Source: Carcharhinus longimanus (taxonomy: Eukaryota). Taken from it: 64,000 nt of DNA. The notes beneath the pieces are model-generated. The model did not search any database, had not been told where the DNA came from, and worked only from the letters and a program-made list of their open reading frames with translations. Shown piece by piece: positions 52,801 through 64,000 of the stretch; the first letter of the stretch is position 1, and the number at the start of each line of letters is the position of its first letter. Both the position numbers and the translations under genes were made by a program. The stretch is from contig JASCQW010000072.1 in NCBI GenBank assembly GCA_030264375.1, positions 70,990,992 to 71,054,991 on the forward strand, in the 5' to 3' direction.

Positions 52801-53280
52801 CACTTAACAACGGAAATAAATGGGATCATAGTTGCAAAGCAATGGGGGTTGAAGTAGGGAAAGGTGTGGTTGAAAAGATATATTTTGATTAAGGTTCAAA
52901 AGCTGGAGAGAGGTAGAGAGGGTTTTGAAAGGGAATTTTGGATAGTGGTCCATCACCATTTGGTGGAAACAAGAGATGGAGGTATATCTAATGGGCTAGA
53001 AGCAGAGGTCTGAAGGATGCAGGGAGGGATATAAGAGTGGAGTGCTAAGATAAATCATGGGGGGATTTGAAGGTGATTATTTTAAACTTAATGTAAGTTA
53101 GCTGATTTGGTAGTGGTGGGTGGGTGGGTTTTATTTGGAACAGGATTTGGAAGAATGAGTTTGAATATATGGAGAGTGGGAGATTGGCAAGGGGAGCATT
53201 ATAATGATCAAGTCAAAGAGGAGAAAAAAGATGATTAAAGGTTTTAATAGCAAGGGCTGTGGTAGGTGCAGACACACACT

Positions 53281-54300
53281 GGGGGTAGTTCTCCCATCTC
53301 ACTGTGCTAATTTTTTAGCGCAGCGGGGCAGGAGAATTACACGGTTGGGGGAGCAATTTGTGGGATTCTCGTGAGCGTTCACGCTCCGCTAGCATCTCCC
53401 ATTGCTGGATTTCCGGTGTGGAGAAGATGGCGCCGGAAATTGGCAGGGAAGCAAGGTTAATATTTAAATGATATTTTACCTATCATTTAAATGTTATTAA
53501 TGGACCCAGGACTGAAATCTCTGGGCTTGCTAGCCTCTCTCAACCCACCAGAGTGTTTCACTCCAGCGGGGTTTAGAGTAACTCCCCACTTTCGGGGATC
53601 TAGTGGAGTGATCCCACTGGAGTGAAGTGGGGGGGCAAACGGGGCCCTCCATTGAGTCGGGTGGTGGGAGGGTGCCCCCGGGCATGGGCACCCTGGCAGT
53701 GCCGGCCTGTTCCCCAACACTGCCCAAGGGACAAATGCACTTGGCACTGCCCATTGGGTATCCGGGCCTTTTGGGGGCTGGGCGTGGGGCCTAATGAAGT
53801 GGGACCCTAAGGGGTAATTGATGGGGGTGGGGGTCCTGCAGCCTAGGTCCTGCCTAGGGATTGATGAGGGTAGGAGGGAGGCCAGCAATCAGGGTGAGCT
53901 GGGAGAGGGGTCTCCTTGCAGGGGCCTGCACTGTGGGCGGGAGGGGTTGGCACTACGAGGTGGAGAGGCTGGAGATTGGGGTGATCCGGACAGTCCGGGA
54001 GCCAAGAATAGTCAGGGTTGCATTCGGGCCGTGTGGGGATGGGGGGCATCATTGTGGGGATCCTGGGCTGGCATGTAATTGGGAGGTTGACAGTTCAGGG
54101 CCACTGCGCGTGTGTGGAGATCCGCTGCTGGGTGGGACTAGACCCCGTTCTCTGAAATTTAATGATATTCACGCCGGTGGCCTTTGCAGTGCACAGTGTG
54201 GGAGATTCTAGTGTGAACTCCCACTGAGAAAACCAGCGTGATTTACTCTAGTTTTCCCGCAAATTCAACACTTTGAATTTTTTTTTGGGAGAATTCCGTC
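53281..54300 (-). mobile_element. Same TIR family, opposite orientation
   Basis: Reverse complement similarity to 58698-59649 (aaattcaacactttgaatttttt..gggagaat). Confidence 0.7.
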
Positions 54301-54703
54301 AACATGTTGTGATGGTAGAAATATGTGATCTTGGTGATGTGTCCACTTGTGGCGCTTTTTCATTGCTACGCCAGAGCCATCATTCTATTTCCACTTATGT
54401 TCTTTCTGTTTAGCTTGCTTTCTCTCTGCCCATACTAGACTCTCTTCTGTTGTTATGGCTCCAGCGATGGCAGGGCACTTTGGCCTGACCCCTACTCCTC
54501 TTGTACTTTCTTCATCTTTGAGTTTCTTAGCTAGTTCCACCCCCTTGCCTCACTTTCAAAATTATTGTTCTCTATTGTTCTCCCAAGTACAATAACAGGT
54601 TTCTTACTGAGATATCTTCACTGCATTCGCTACATTCCTCCTCAACTTTTGCTTCGAACAACTACCCATTCTTGGTGATTTCAAATTCTATCTCAACTTA
54701 TCA

Positions 54704-55516
54704 GATGGTATTCTTCCAAAAAAATTCTAAATGCCGAATTTGTGTAAAAATGAGTAAATCCTTCTGGTTTTTTCAGTAGGATTTTCAAAATGAATCTCCC
54801 ATTTTCTGTGCATCACAGAGAGCCTTAGAGTGAATCCAGTTAGAAATCAGTGGGTGGGGCCCATTCCTGCTGGAGAGGCTGGCAGCATAACGCTAACGAG
54901 CCACTGTGCACGTGCTGATTTCTCAGCGCCGGGATCGGTGCATGCGCAGTAGCCCTGCACTGCCAGCTTCCTGATCGCTGATTGATGAAATTGTGCAGTC
55001 CCAATCTTCCCCTGCCTCCGCAGACCTGACCCCCTCCCCCACTTCACAGCCCCAACCGCACTGACAAGCTGACTACCTCCCACCTCGATGTCCATGCCAC
55101 TGGACACTGGCACTTTGCCCCTTGGGCAGTGCAAGAGACCAGGCTGGCATTGTCAAGCTGGCAATGCCCAGGAGGCATTTCCCCCTTAACTTGACCCTCT
55201 GGGGCCTCCATGACTCCCCCCCGCCCTCCCAGTCAGGCCACCAGCTAGCTCCCCATTAGTGGGGAGTTATTGTAAACTCTGCTGGAGTGAAACACTCACT
55301 AGCAGGCCTGGAGACTTCAGTCCTAAGCCAACTAATGAAACGTAAATTTCCATTAACATAATGTATTTAGCTCTGCGCTGATTTCTGGTGCGGAGTTGAT
55401 GAAACTGGAAATCTGGTGACTGGAAATGCACAGAGGCCATGGTGCCTAGCAGGAAGCCCACTACACAGCCTCCATTTGAATCTCTCAGCAGCGCAGTGCG
55501 CTGGGAGAATTGCCCC
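54704..55516 (+). mobile_element. Same TIR family, inserted into a decayed L2 ORF2
   Basis: Collinear with 58698-59649; host reads ILGDF before the insertion and continues at ~55520-56230. Confidence 0.7.
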
Positions 55517-56239
55517 CATCATGTTTTCTTTCCTGTGAGTTCATTCCCCCTTGTCCTCCCTAAATCTCTCTATCCTTGTAAACTCACCAACTCAGGCCAG
55601 CCCCTTGACTTTACAGGCTCACATGGATTTGCTAATCCCATCACATCAATTTCAAATGAGCCATCTCTGATCAATAGCCCTTCACTGCCCCTTTCCACAC
55701 TCCAAATCCATCTCCCCCTGTATCTGTCCCGGAAAAAAACAATCCCCCAAATTCAAATACAACTGCACTTTCAAAATCTAAATTGTCTAGCCTTTGGCTG
55801 TTGGTTTGCAACAACATTTCTGCAACTCTATCCTTGATGTTCTGGTCCACAATAAAATGTTTTCTCTCTCTAAGCCTGGCCATTCTGCTGTTACAGTCCT
55901 TATTTTCTCTCCCTTAAGTCCAAAGGATATAGACTTGAATAGACAATTGGTTTAACTACTCTCCTCCAGATCTAGCTGGACTGCTTAGAATGCTTCCAGG
56001 CCTTGTTCTCATCTACTAAAACTGATCAGGATTATCCTGGGATGTAAGGCTAACCTATGGTTGCTTTTCAGTACTGCAAACCATCTTCTTAAATCCTTTT
56101 CCTGTTCTTCCACCCTCACCACAATAACAAGTGGGAAGAACTCATGGACTTCTTTGTCTCAAGATTGAAATCATCTGATTCGCTACCTTCTCTGTGTTGC
56201 CCCTTTCCACTTATCCACCTGACCAAAATTTCTTTAAAT

Positions 56240-56517
56240 AAAGTTGAAGTTTATTTATTAGTTACAGGTAATGTTTACATTAACATCACAATGAAATCAC
56301 TGTGAAATTTCCCTAGTCACCACATTCCGACGCCTGTTCGGATCAATTCACCTAACCAGCTCATCTTTTTAAACTGTGGGAGGAAACTGGAGCACCCGGA
56401 GGAAACCCAAGCAGACACAGAGAAAACATGCAAACTCCACACAGACAGTGACCCAAGCCGGGAATCGAACCGAAGTCCCTGGCGCTGTGAGGCAGCAGTG
56501 TTAACCACTGTGCTGCT
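56240..56517 (-). mobile_element. V-SINE (second tail type)
   Basis: Reverse complement of the family at 94-395. Confidence 0.85.
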
Positions 56518-58697
56518 GCAAATCTCTCTCTGAATGAGCCTTGAACTCACTTTTTTCACTTGTCTTCCCTCATATCATCTCTAGATACTTTAGTACAACA
56601 TATGAAAAGCAAATTCCAAGTTGCAGCTCAACTGTCAAGTTTGTATGATTAACTTTTTCATGAAATGGTTCAAAGCTACTACCTAATTTGTCACAGTTTG
56701 CTTTTCTAACATGCTCTGTGAATAAAGCTATTTAATAGTTTAATCTGTTGAAGTATTCATTGAACCAAGGTGTCTGGGAGGGATTACACAAACTAGGGTT
56801 GTATTACCTGGAAATTGGAAGGTTGAGAGGTAATTTTTAATTTCATATCTACGCACACTTTTTCCCCTTTGGGGAATGCTAGGAAGGTGTTGGCTGATTA
56901 TCGACCCTTTGAATCATGAATATTTCTTCCATGACCAACAAGTCCTGGCAAGGCAGGGGTGCTATCTACTTGAGCCACAAGATACTCTGAACAGTGATTT
57001 AATCAAACTTTTCAAGATACTAAGGGAACAGATAGATTGGTAGAGAGAAAGCATTTCCATTGGTTTAGAATTTAGGTATTGGCATTATGGTGTAAATCTG
57101 GAGCAATATTTTTCAGGAGTGATTGTAGGGAACACTTCAGGAAACGTAAAAATATAGGAAAAGTTTAGAATTCCCTTCTACAAAAGGAATAAGTGTTGAT
57201 CAATTTTTCATTTTAAATCTGGGATTATTGTTAACCAAAGGTATTAAGTAAGGGATACTAGGCAAAGACAGATATAAGAAATCAAAAGTCAGCTGTGACT
57301 TCACTGGATGAGAGAACAGGCTGAAGGGGTTAAATGACCTACTCCTACGTCCCTATGCGTAGACCTGTCATTAATCAATGGTATTGTCTTGAATAGCTTC
57401 TTAAAAATACTTCATGCAGAGCCCAAAGAATAGATGTAATTCCCCCAGCATGCAGTTTCCAGAGTCTATTATTAAGGAAAGAAGCACAAGAAAGAAAATC
57501 TATAAATAATTTTGAACATATTCCATTTTGTCACTGACATTACAGGTATGAACAGTTCAAGTCTATGATTGGTTCATAGATAATAAGCCATTTTTGTTCT
57601 CTGTGTCACAAATAATTACAGTCAAAGTTTTTAATTATATACTTGTAACATCTTAACTCGAATATTCATTTACTGAAACCAATAACTAACCAGCATTTTG
57701 TCTTCAGTTGAATGAGTATTAACAATTTTCCTCAATGGAAGCAAGCAAACCCTTCAGTCTGTAAAACTGTTGAGGAGGCCTAGTGGTGCAGTGGGTAGCG
57801 TCCCTGCCTCTGAGATAGAAGCTCCACCTTTGAGTCTCACCTCAGGACTTGATGACCAAGGAAGATCTGTTTATAAGGTGGCTGATCGTCAACCTACAAA
57901 CACATCCAAAACACACCAATGGCAGGCTATAAGAGCGAGAGAGATTCCTGGTCAACCATGTGTTGTAGCCTCTAACATCACTAACCATAGCTCCAGACAA
58001 CAGCATGTATGAAAAAATGCATGTTGCCACAGCAGCTCAGACTCTTTTTGTGATTTTTAACACACCATCAGCACAAGTCTGTTCCACTTTACAATTAATG
58101 AATCAGTAGGGAACCTATCTCTTTGGTCACTCTCATGTCTACTTTGAATTACCAACCTGTATGTATATTATTTGGAACAGATTTCTTGCAACTTGAATGA
58201 GAGGTGAAACATAGTGATGGCTTTTCATATGAGAAGAAAACACATTAGACAAAGGAGTATCTGGAAGTGTTAAACTCTGTAGAATATCTGTCCAGCACAA
58301 ATAGTTGTATTGGCTAAAATCAAATAACATCACCAAATAAGGGTATTGTATGCCCTGTATATTGTACTACAGAATGATAATGTGTGGGCATTTGTAATGC
58401 TTTATGTTGTGTATTGTAGAATGGTAAGGTGTGAATACATATCTTGTTTTTATGTACTGTGGCAAAGAACAATATGATGTGGAAATCTGTAAATCACTTG
58501 TGTTGATGGCAATAGTTTTTAGTGGAAGGAGGAAAAGGTAGAAACATAGAAAATAGGAGTAGCCCATTCATCCCTTTGAGCCTGCTCTGCCATTTCATAT
58601 GACCATCCAAATCAACAAGCTGTTCCCGTTTTCCCCCATATCATGTGATCCCATTAACCCCAAGAGCTGTAACTAATTCCTTCTTGAAACCATACAG

Positions 58698-59649
58698 AGG
58701 GCGATTCTCCCCAAAAAATTCAAAGTGTCGAACTTGCATAAAAATTGGAGTAAATCCCACTTGGTTAGTCAGGAGTTTCAAAATAAATCTCCCATATTCT
58801 GTGCATCACAGAGAGTCTTAGTGTGAATCACACTGAAAAATCAGTGGGCAGGGCCTATTCCTGATGGAGAGGCCGGCAGCATAGCGCTGAGCAGGACACT
58901 GTGCATGTGCTGACCTGTCAGCGCCAAGGTCAGCACATGCGCAGTGGCCACTGTCTGCCGGCAGCGGGACCCTTCACTGATCACTCCCCCCAAAGGTCCT
59001 GACCCACCTTTAGGTCCCGCCCACTTGACACTGTCAATGTCCGTTAGACAATGCCAAAGCACCCTCTGGGCTTTGGCACTTTGCCCCTTGGATAATGCCA
59101 GGGCACCCAGGGTGGCACTGCCAAGATGGCAATGCCCAGGGACACCATCCGAGCGCTTGACCCTCTGGGGGGCCTCAATTGCCCCACTCCTTCACTCCAG
59201 CAGGGTCAGGCCACCAGGTCCCTGCAAGTGGGGAACTATACTAAACCCCACTGGAGTGAAATGGTCCTGATGTGGGTATGCCGGCGTTGGACTGGCGTAA
59301 ACAAAGTAAAAAGTAAAAACCTGGTGTTGTCAGACTTTTTACTTTGTGAAATGGTCCTGCCAGGGGTAGCAGCTACTGGGCCTGGGGATTTCAGTCCTGG
59401 GCCATCTAATGATACTTCAATTGTATNNNNNNNNNNNNNNNNNNNNNNNNNNNNNNNNNNNNNNNNNNNNNNNNNNNNNNNNNNNNNNNNNNNNNNNNNN
59501 NNNNNNNNNNNNNNNNNNNNNNNNNNAACCAGCTGCTAGAGTCGCGCTAGGTTGTGGTGTTGAGCGGGGAGTCCGCGAAACAGCCTCAGCTCGAGTCTCC
59601 TGACCTGCTGTGATACAAAAGCAGCACAGTGGGATGGGAGAATCGCCCT
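58698..59649 (+). mobile_element. GC-rich non-autonomous TIR element (~950 bp; PIF/Harbinger-like by its termini)
   Basis: Perfect 14-bp TIR AGGGCGATTCTCCC / GGGAGAATCGCCCT; splits a CR1; no coding capacity seen. Confidence 0.75.
59270..59345. mobile_element. Ultra-short Penelope-like insertion nested in a TIR element
   Basis: pLTR tail plus an inverted piece, flanked by the exact 14-bp repeat GTGAAATGGTCCTG (59256-59269, 59346-59359). Confidence 0.7.
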
Positions 59650-61397
59650 GACAATGTTTTGGCGTCAACTGCTTTCTAAGGGAGTGAATTCCACAGATTC
59701 ATCACACACTGGGTGAAGACATTTCTCCTCATCAGTCCTAAATAATTCACCTCTATATTCTAAAACTGTGACCCCTGGTTCTGAACTCCTCCGCCATTGG
59801 GAATATCCTTCCTTCATCTACCCTGTTTAGTTCTGTTTGAATCATATAGGTTTCTATGAGATTCTCCCTCCCCTGCTACTCTTCTGAACTCCAGCAAACA
59901 TAATCCTAACTGACTCAATCTCTCCTTATATGTCAGTCTCACCATCCCAGGAATCAGTCTGGTAAACCTTCAATGCACTCACTCTACGGCAAAAACATCT
60001 TTCCTCAGATAAGGAGACCAAAACTGCACACAATATTCCAGGTGTTCAGAAGATTATTCTGCCCCCACATATATTTTCTCACTCCGTGGCTATATGAACA
60101 TCTTATAGTTTTGAGTGGATCCCTAATTGCAGTGGCTGATCTTTATGCAATGTCTCACTTGGAACAGTGAGTGAGTTACTGAAGCAAGAGAGCAGAAAGC
60201 ATAATGGTATCTGCATATAATCTACTGTGAAGTGTATTTCCGGACTTGCTCTTACTGCTTTTCTCAGTTGAGGTGTATAATTGGATACTCATTAAACCAG
60301 CTGAAGAGATGGTAAGAAGATTCTGTCTGATTGTGTCTATTGAAATCAGGTCAACATTTTATATTTCTTAATTAAATAATACAATGTTAAATCATCTGCT
60401 AATCCTCACTAAATAGCTAAATGCTACTGTGCAGATTGTGAAAAAAGATACTTACTGAATCTGATTTAATTAATCTTGAATGCTGGAGGCTTTCCCTCCT
60501 CTGCTCCACAGGCTGCTTTCTCCATTTNNNNNNNNNNNNNNNNNNNNNNNNNNNNNNNNNNNTGTTGGGTGGGAGGGGGGGGGGTTGGGGGCCGGGTGGG
60601 GGGATGCAGGGTGCGGAGTGAGTAGATGCCTGGTATCTCAGTAAATTCTTCATCCTTTGGCCTAAATGTTGAATACTGCAAGCTATTCAACGTGGACAGC
60701 ATTGTACCTCAATCCATTCTCTGAGATCCATGCTATCACCTTCTCTCTGAGGTTACCTGAGTGTTCAGAAACATGGATCCTGGCAGCCTTTATTTTTTAT
60801 TGTTGCACCCTCACTTGAAGTTGCACACATTTCTTTTAGGAGTAAGGGAATAGGACTACTGAATACATTTTGCTTTATTTTTAGTCTCTGCCCTAGCTCA
60901 GGGATACTCGGATCCTTGATACAGTCAGCTGAAAGAACAATGAATGAAATTTGGGATTGTCCTAGTGGACATTCACACACACAGCTGGCAAGGAAGCTTC
61001 TCATGTTTGGAACAAAATCTTCACAAATACATTTACAGCCTGTGGAAAGGAAGTCAATATTTCCCAGATTCAGACGACAGAAAACTGGACACACTTCACA
61101 TTCATCCTCTGTCTGCTAATTGAACAGGAACAGCACACAGTTTCACAACTACTGCAGTGGTGAACTTCTGAAGGGCTTCACCTGGAGTTCAATAAACATT
61201 ACTTTGGAATTGATGAATCACTCAGCGTGATGGTCAATTTGTTAAGTTGATAAATTTGAAATCAATCAGATGCACGCTTTCTGCGTATTGGCCAATTTTG
61301 CAGGCGGTGCCAATATCACTGACATCATTAGTGTGTCCAAATGTGAATATGAGGATAAAACTGAAACCTGCTTACCTTGCAGAAATTTAGCAGGTGA

Positions 61398-61567
61398 TCA
61401 TAGAATCATAGAATCCCTACAGTGCAGAAGGAAGCATTTGGCCCATTGATCCTGCACTGACAATAATCCCACCCAGGCCCTATCCCTATAACCCCACCCT
61501 GCTAATCTCCCTGACTAAGGGGCAATTTATCGTGGTCAATCCATCTAACCTGCATATCTTTGAACTT
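61398..61567 (-). mobile_element. 5'-truncated HE1-type SINE
   Basis: (tcatagaa)2 tccctacagtgcagaagg tail. Confidence 0.75.
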
Positions 61568-64000
61568 TGATGTGCTTTATTAATTCTTGGAAAAATTAGC
61601 ATTGTGGTAAAGTAATTGGACTAATAATCCAAACATCCAGACTAACACTCCAGAGACATGGGCAGGAATTTGGTGCCAATATGGGTGACCGGAAGGGATG
61701 TTGGACAGGTGTGCAATTTCCCAATGCCAGCTAGCATTTGGGTTCTGTCCCTCATCACAGCACCTGATCTTTTCCCAGAGGTCAGATCAGGAATTTATTG
61801 GCTATCTGCTTGCAAGTGGCAGGTAGCTTGTTAACTCAATTAAGATGTCAATTAGGACTATTAATCAGAGGCCCAGTGGATTTTCCATTTGGCTTGTGGC
61901 TCCACCCTACCAGATTTAGACCCAACCGATGTTTGGTGATGGCTTCCTGGTGGCACACCATGGCAGAGCCAGAGCTCCACATGTGGGACAACTCTCTTAC
62001 CTGCAAGAGTAGGCTGCAATTCCCCCTAGTGCTGTAGGGTCACTTCTGGCCATTCAGCCTCAAGAGCCCTCACATCATCCCTAATTGGATGGCAAGCATG
62101 CCCTTCAACCATTAATTGTCCGGTCCTGCCAAAATCATATCATCGTTGCTGACACAATGTGGAGTTAGGACTTGGATTTTGCTCCTGATTTTAGGGCCAC
62201 CATCCCCAAAGGAAAATCCTGTCCTTGAATTCAAATCTCATCAAGGCAGCTGGNNNNNNNNNNNNNNNNNNNNNNNNNNNNNNNNNNNNNNNNNNNNNNN
62301 NNNNCCCATGAAACTATTGGATTGTCATAAAAAAATTATCTAGTTTACCAGTGTCCCTCTGGTTGGAAATCTATCATCCTTGTCCAGTCTGTGATCCAAA
62401 ACCCACCGGAATATAGTTGACACTAAACTGTCCTCTGAAATGGGTTACATCAAACTGCTGTAGAAAAGTAAAAATAGAATAAAACTGGATAGATCTCTGG
62501 ATCTAGTTGAGACACTGGAAATGACAAAGATACATTCTGATCAGCTGATCCTGCAAAATCTTCCTCAATAATAGCTGCGGACTTGAGGTGACACTGGGAA
62601 AGCTGTCCCAATAGTTTGACATATTCGCCAAATCTTAGTTTACATTAATGTCTCACATTCCTCCATCACCAGCCCTGGCCATGTGCTGTCACATTGGCAG
62701 GATTGACCCACCAGAGATGTTAGCATGCAATCTGGAAGGAGTGGTCCTGGGATTCCTCAACATTGACTCAGTCTCATGAGCAAGGAAACCTCCAGCTGAT
62801 TGTCCCCAGCCCTCTTTCAACTGATGAATCTGTATTCCTGTTAAGTTGAATACCACACTGTCTCAGAGTGGCTTGGATTCTGCCCTACTGACTGAGCTGG
62901 TTGAGTGGGCCTGCACCAGATAGTGAGTGAACTAGCAAGAGGGAAAACCTACTTCGGCCTTGCCTTCCCCAGTCTGTCAGAGATGCATTTATTCATGAGA
63001 TTAATAGCAAGGGTCTATGGGTGGAATTGTACTGGTTTGCCCTGGCCATCCATGGGTGGAGCAAACTTGTAAAATCGCACGAGAGTTGAGAAATCAGGAT
63101 CTCACTCAACTCCTTGTCTGTCCTGATTTTACGAGAGCCAGATTTTCCAGCGATGTCAGCTTCTTGCCGGAAATGGGTGAGAGGCTGAGTAACTTGTTCA
63201 AATTTATTAAAATCTTCATTTACTTGTGTTTAGTGAGCCTGATGCTCATCTCGGGCAGTGTGGGGGTCATGATCGGCAGTGGGTCCCACGAATGTGGAGG
63301 TGGGGTGGCTGTGTTGAGGCTGCCTGAGAGCTCCCTCTGCAATTGCTATTGTGCATGTGTAGATACAGAGGTCTGCGCATGTGCAGTAGCTCCCTCTGCA
63401 TGCTGGTGTACTAAGCCCTGTCCACTATCTGCAGCAGCTAGAAACCGTCTAGCCCATATTTTCAATGATGAAGTGCATAAGATTGGGCAAGAAAACTCGC
63501 CCAAAAGATGGATCAGGAATTCTCCAATTTTCAGTCTAGCTGGACACTTAGAATTGATCTCGTAAAATTCCACCCTATATCTTAAATGATAAAATTTAAA
63601 ATAGTTCTGTAATGGAACAGCAGAGGCCAACTTTTTGTTCGGGATAAAAAGGAGAACACGGGAGAATTTAAAAAAGATCCTTGCATATACTTTCTCTGGT
63701 TCATTTTAAGTGCCTTATCATGAGTAGCAGTAGATTTTTAAAACATTATTTGATGGGAAGTGGACATCACTCACCAGGCCAGCATTTATTGCCCATTTTT
63801 AATTACCCTTGAAAAGATCCTTGGGGAGACAAAGCTCTGTCTTCCCGTTGAAGATGCTTCCATTATGTTGTGTGATGAAATCAGCATTCTAAATGGGATG
63901 GATGTTGGGCAGTTGTAGCACATCCAATCTGGGTGTCCATCTTGCTCTCTGAGCCATTATCATGAACAGAATCATATTCAATCAGAACCAGCAACTTCAT

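Larger units (their letters stand above)
58540..60045 (-). mobile_element. CR1 3' fragment interrupted by a TIR element
   Basis: tagaaacatagaaaataggagtag tail; CR1 sequence resumes at ~59650. Confidence 0.75.

Noticed and set aside
63017-63565. 182-aa ORF
   Set aside because: Coincides with a GC-rich non-autonomous repeat and has no protein-family features

Overview
This is vertebrate nuclear DNA from a gapped draft assembly, not prokaryotic sequence. The HE1/V-SINEs, CR1 LINEs and DeuSINE-like elements point to a cartilaginous fish (shark or other elasmobranch). The window is mostly decayed transposable elements. The only confident host coding sequence is the first coding exon of a B4GALNT4-like glycosyltransferase (40043-40193, +), and the sequence after it looks like one long intron. 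About 2 kb upstream lies an isolated, broken histone H4 copy. Other content: a decayed Gypsy/Ty3 provirus whose LTR pair, tRNA-Leu PBS and PPT are still readable; many CR1, L2 and Rex fragments; two V-SINE tail types; and GC-rich TIR elements. The most interesting structure is a set of five very short Penelope-like insertions. Three of them carry a minimal type I hammerhead-ribozyme-like motif, and four have 11-14 bp flanking duplications. Most entries in the ORF track are spurious. All family assignments were made by eye, without database searches, and repeat boundaries are approximate.
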